64,000 bases of DNA from Escherichia phage nepoznato. A program made the translations under genes and the position numbers. Numbering within the stretch: position 1 is the first letter of the stretch; every line of letters begins with the position of its first letter. Below are positions 62,818-64,000 of the stretch, piece after piece. The DNA is taken from the sequence record NC_052658.1. One strand, 5' to 3'. Under the pieces are notes generated by a model. The model did not search any database, was not told the origin of the DNA, and saw nothing but the letters and a program-made list of their open reading frames with translations.

Positions 62818-63039
62818 ATGGGTGTTTTTGCAGGTATTGTTGCAGTGGTAAGCTTTTTTGTTATTGCTTTTATGCTTAGTTTGATTCCAGCTTGGTTACT
62901 GTTGCTGGCTTACAACTATGTTGCTGAAGTTATGGGTCATGCAGATATCACTGTCCCAGTAACCTTCTGGACCGTGGTTTGTGTTTCGTTTATTCTGGCT
63001 GTATTACGAGGAATCTTTTCCTCTCATTCAACAAAATAA
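62818..63039 (+). CDS. small membrane protein (two TM segments)
   Basis: 73 aa, hydrophobic. Confidence 0.45.
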   Translation: MGVFAGIVAVVSFFVIAFMLSLIPAWLLLLAYNYVAEVMGHADITVPVTFWTVVCVSFILAVLRGIFSSHSTK

Positions 63040-63042
63040 GTG

Positions 63043-63101
63043 TTGACATAGTTCTTAAAAAGAGTAAGATATATCACATGAAGCGGGGAATAGTTCCCCG
63101 C
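63043..63101 (+). promoter_or_regulatory. PeSL-like early promoter with leader stem-loop (plus strand)
   Basis: TTGACA, 16 bp, TAAGAT, TATCACATGAA, GCGGGGAA-UAG-UUCCCCGC, RBS GAGAGGAG, ATG. Confidence 0.6.
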
Positions 63102-63118
63102 AAAGAGAGGAGAAAAGA

Positions 63119-64000
63119 ATGCAACTCGGTTTCCCAATTATTGATGTAGTTGTTTTAGTTGGTATTTTGGCATTGTCTATTGGTATCGATTTCTTTGGTC
63201 ATAAAGAGAATAAAGAAATTGGAATTAAATCTGCTTTGCTTTGGTCTATTTTTTGGATTGCTTTAGCTTTAGGATATTACGCATTCATTTGGGTAGAACA
63301 TGGTAAAGAGTTTGCCGCGCTTTTCCTAAGTGGCTATGTGTTGGAAAAGAGTCTTTCTGTAGATAACCTGATGGTGTTCATGGCAATTTTTGCAAGCTTT
63401 GGAATTAAGAGCACACATCTCCAACATAAGATTTTACTTTGGGGGATTGCAGGAGCCATTGTCTTCCGAGGTATTTTTGTTGCAGCAGGCACCGCTTTGT
63501 TTAACCTTCATTGGTCGGTACAAGTGTTGTTCGGTTTGATTGTAGCTTGGTCTGCCGTAGCTATCATCAAAGGTGGTGACGAAGAAGAGGATATTGATTA
63601 CTCTAAGCATTGGGCTGTTCGTTTAGTAGGTAAAGTTCTGCCTGTGCACAATGCACTGGATGGTGAAAAGTTCATTACCATTAAGAATGGTATTAAATAT
63701 GCAACTCCTGCTCTTCTTTGTGTGTTTGTTATTGAGCTTACAGATATTGTCTTCTCTTTTGATTCAGTTCCGGCTGTGATCGGTGTGACACAAGAACCTC
63801 TGCTGGTTTATTCTGCAATGCTGATGGCTGTTCTTGGTTTACGTGCGCTTTTCTTTGTGTTAAGTGTAGCTGTGAAATATCTGGTTCACTTAGAGAAAGC
63901 TGTTGCTGTGGTTCTGGTGTTTGTTGGTGTTAAACTTATGTATCACCCGTTCGGTGAAACACTTCATGCCAAGTGGTCATTCCTCCCGCATGATATTTCC
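63119..64000 (+). CDS. TerC-family integral membrane protein (3' end outside window)
   Basis: Open frame of 294 codons to window end; multiple TM segments; TerC motifs LSVDN and FSFDSVPAV. Confidence 0.7.
   Translation, partial: MQLGFPIIDVVVLVGILALSIGIDFFGHKENKEIGIKSALLWSIFWIALALGYYAFIWVEHGKEFAALFLSGYVLEKSLSVDNLMVFMAIFASFGIKSTHLQHKILLWGIAGAIVFRGIFVAAGTALFNLHWSVQVLFGLIVAWSAVAIIKGGDEEEDIDYSKHWAVRLVGKVLPVHNALDGEKFITIKNGIKYATPALLCVFVIELTDIVFSFDSVPAVIGVTQEPLLVYSAMLMAVLGLRALFFVLSVAVKYLVHLEKAVAVVLVFVGVKLMYHPFGETLHAKWSFLPHDIS

Overview
This window looks like a gene-dense, hyperplastic segment of a large virulent T4-type myovirus genome; no rRNA, tRNA or CRISPR array was found. All calls are from reading the sequence and ORF track by eye: no database search, HMM or folding was run, and coordinates of features not in the ORF track are approximate (about +/-3 nt). 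Layout: (1) plus-strand block 1-15.4 kb with an RmlD-like reductase, NrdC-like glutaredoxin, T4-type lysozyme, PhoH, HslV-like peptidase, Dam methylase, Ser/Thr phosphatase, two homing-endonuclease-like genes, a C5-methylase-like protein and a Sir2-family protein; (2) minus-strand blocks 15.5-31.6 kb of about 50 small ORFs, including a serine recombinase and paralogous small-protein families; (3) a 1.7 kb non-coding island (31.6-33.3 kb) with three iterons, Fur-box-like palindromes and a T/G-skewed tract; (4) the main candidate system: 18 minus-strand cassettes (33.3-41.1 kb), each a consensus sigma70 promoter, a conserved leader stem-loop and a small ORF, resembling the promoter-early stem-loop (PeSL) modules described in T4-type phages; (5) a promoter with no ORF leading into an AT-rich repeat tract (41.4-42.2 kb); (6) minus block 42.2-48.4 kb with a NADAR-domain protein, a zinc-ribbon repeat protein and an AAA ATPase; (7) plus block 48.5-64 kb with a DUF2829 (Tad2-like) protein, a UvrD-family helicase, nrdD split by a group I intron carrying an HNH endonuclease, nrdG, and HAD, phosphoribosyltransferase-fold, macro-domain and TerC-like genes.
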